From IMG/VR virus record IMGVR_UViG_2541047836_000006: a stretch of DNA of 41,742 bases; one strand, 5' to 3'. The notes under the pieces were generated by a model that made no database searches, had not been told where the DNA came from, and saw only the letters and a program-made list of their open reading frames with translations. Shown here one piece after another: positions 41,158-41,742 of the stretch. The position numbers and the translations under genes are program-made. Within the stretch, counting starts at the first letter, position 1. The number at the start of each line of letters is the position of its first letter. The stretch is from a virus (Duplodnaviria > Heunggongvirae > Uroviricota > Caudoviricetes).

Positions 41158-41436
41158 ATGAAAGATTTAACTTTGAAATTTCCTGGTAACAGAGAGTTTA
41201 AATCCTTCCTGTCATCTCTTGACTGGGAGGAGGATGAAGACCTCCAGAATAAACTGTTAGTCGATGAAATTGGTTTCACCTACACAGAAACAGGGGTAAC
41301 AGAAGAGGGAGAACCTGTCTGTGTCCGGAATGACGGTTATTTTGTCAACATTCGCATTCTTGATGACTTGTTTGATGTTTCTGTATTCTCTGATTATGTC
41401 GTGGAGCTGGAAACACCGCTTCGGGAATGGAGCTGA
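41158..41436 (+). CDS. Hypothetical acidic small protein downstream of tail fibre (possible tail-fibre chaperone or cargo gene)
   Basis: 92-aa ORF with strong SD (AAGGAGG); ATGA overlap with the tail fibre stop; no resemblance to lambda Tfa. Confidence 0.55.
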   Translation: MKDLTLKFPGNREFKSFLSSLDWEEDEDLQNKLLVDEIGFTYTETGVTEEGEPVCVRNDGYFVNIRILDDLFDVSVFSDYVVELETPLREWS

Positions 41437-41448
41437 AAGGAGGAAATA

Positions 41449-41742
41449 ATGGATATAAGCCCCTTACTTCATGCACTTTGTGCTGTGGCTGCGCAGATAC
41501 TGGTTGGTCTTTTTACCGGAAACTGGGCTTACGGAGCGATAGCCGGTTGTACGTTCTTCATTGCGCGTGAACATACCCAGGCAGAATATCGCTGGATTGA
41601 AATGTTCGGGCATGGCAAGCGAATGAATATGCCGTGGTGGGGCGGTTTTGATCCGCGAGCTTGGGATGTGGCAAGCCTGATGGATTTTGCTGTGCCGGTG
41701 GTGGCGTGTCTGCTGGTCTGGCTGTTGGTTAATCGTGGGTGA
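41449..41742 (+). CDS. Hypothetical small integral membrane protein (about 3 predicted TM segments)
   Basis: 97-aa ORF with strong SD (GGAGGAAATAATG); hydrophobic stretches ALCAVAAQILVGLFTG, AYGAIAGCTFFIA and LMDFAVPVVACLLVWLLV; stop at window end. Confidence 0.55.
   Translation: MDISPLLHALCAVAAQILVGLFTGNWAYGAIAGCTFFIAREHTQAEYRWIEMFGHGKRMNMPWWGGFDPRAWDVASLMDFAVPVVACLLVWLLVNRG

Larger units (their letters stand above)
38363..41161 (+). pseudogene. stf: Side tail fibre gene (stf-like) interrupted in frame by IS1
   Basis: N-terminal part (38363-39361) MAVQISGVLKDGAGKPIQNCTIQLKAKRNSTTVVVNTVASENPDEAGRYSMDVEYGQYSV… matches lambda Stf and has Ala/Ser/Glu-rich repeats; reading frame runs into IS1 and stops at 39442; downstream part (40130-41161) is in the same frame with no stops. 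Confidence 0.8.

Overview
This window is a near-complete lambdoid prophage of an Enterobacteriaceae host, running from the integrase stop codon (position 1) to genes downstream of the side tail fibre. All calls were made by reading the sequence and comparing to remembered phage lambda, P22, phage 21 and E. coli DLP12 proteins; no database search or computation was run. Gene order is canonical: int-xis, the lambda Red/early-left genes (exo, bet, gam, kil, cIII, ea10), a P22-type sieB/N/nutL block, an immunity region (cI, cro, cII), replication genes O (with ori iterons) and P, a nin region (ren, ninB, Dam-like methyltransferase, ninE, rusA, ylcG), a Q antiterminator, a phage-21-type lysis cassette (S, R, Rz/Rz1), bor, cos, and the full lambda head and tail gene set (Nu1 to J). 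The most interesting features are: (1) an uncharacterised 299-aa single-pass membrane protein in the slot between cI and pL/N where lambda carries rexAB, with its own terminator, a candidate superinfection-exclusion or abortive-infection gene; (2) an AT-rich three-gene moron between Q and the lysis genes (Blc-like lipocalin lipoprotein, a Cys-rich DUF523-DUF1722 fusion protein, and an AppY-like AraC regulator); (3) an IS1 insertion with a perfect 9-bp target duplication that interrupts the side tail fibre gene in frame; (4) a J protein whose C-terminal receptor-binding region diverges from lambda; (5) two small unknown genes, one a membrane protein, downstream of the tail fibre. No tRNA, rRNA or CRISPR array was seen.
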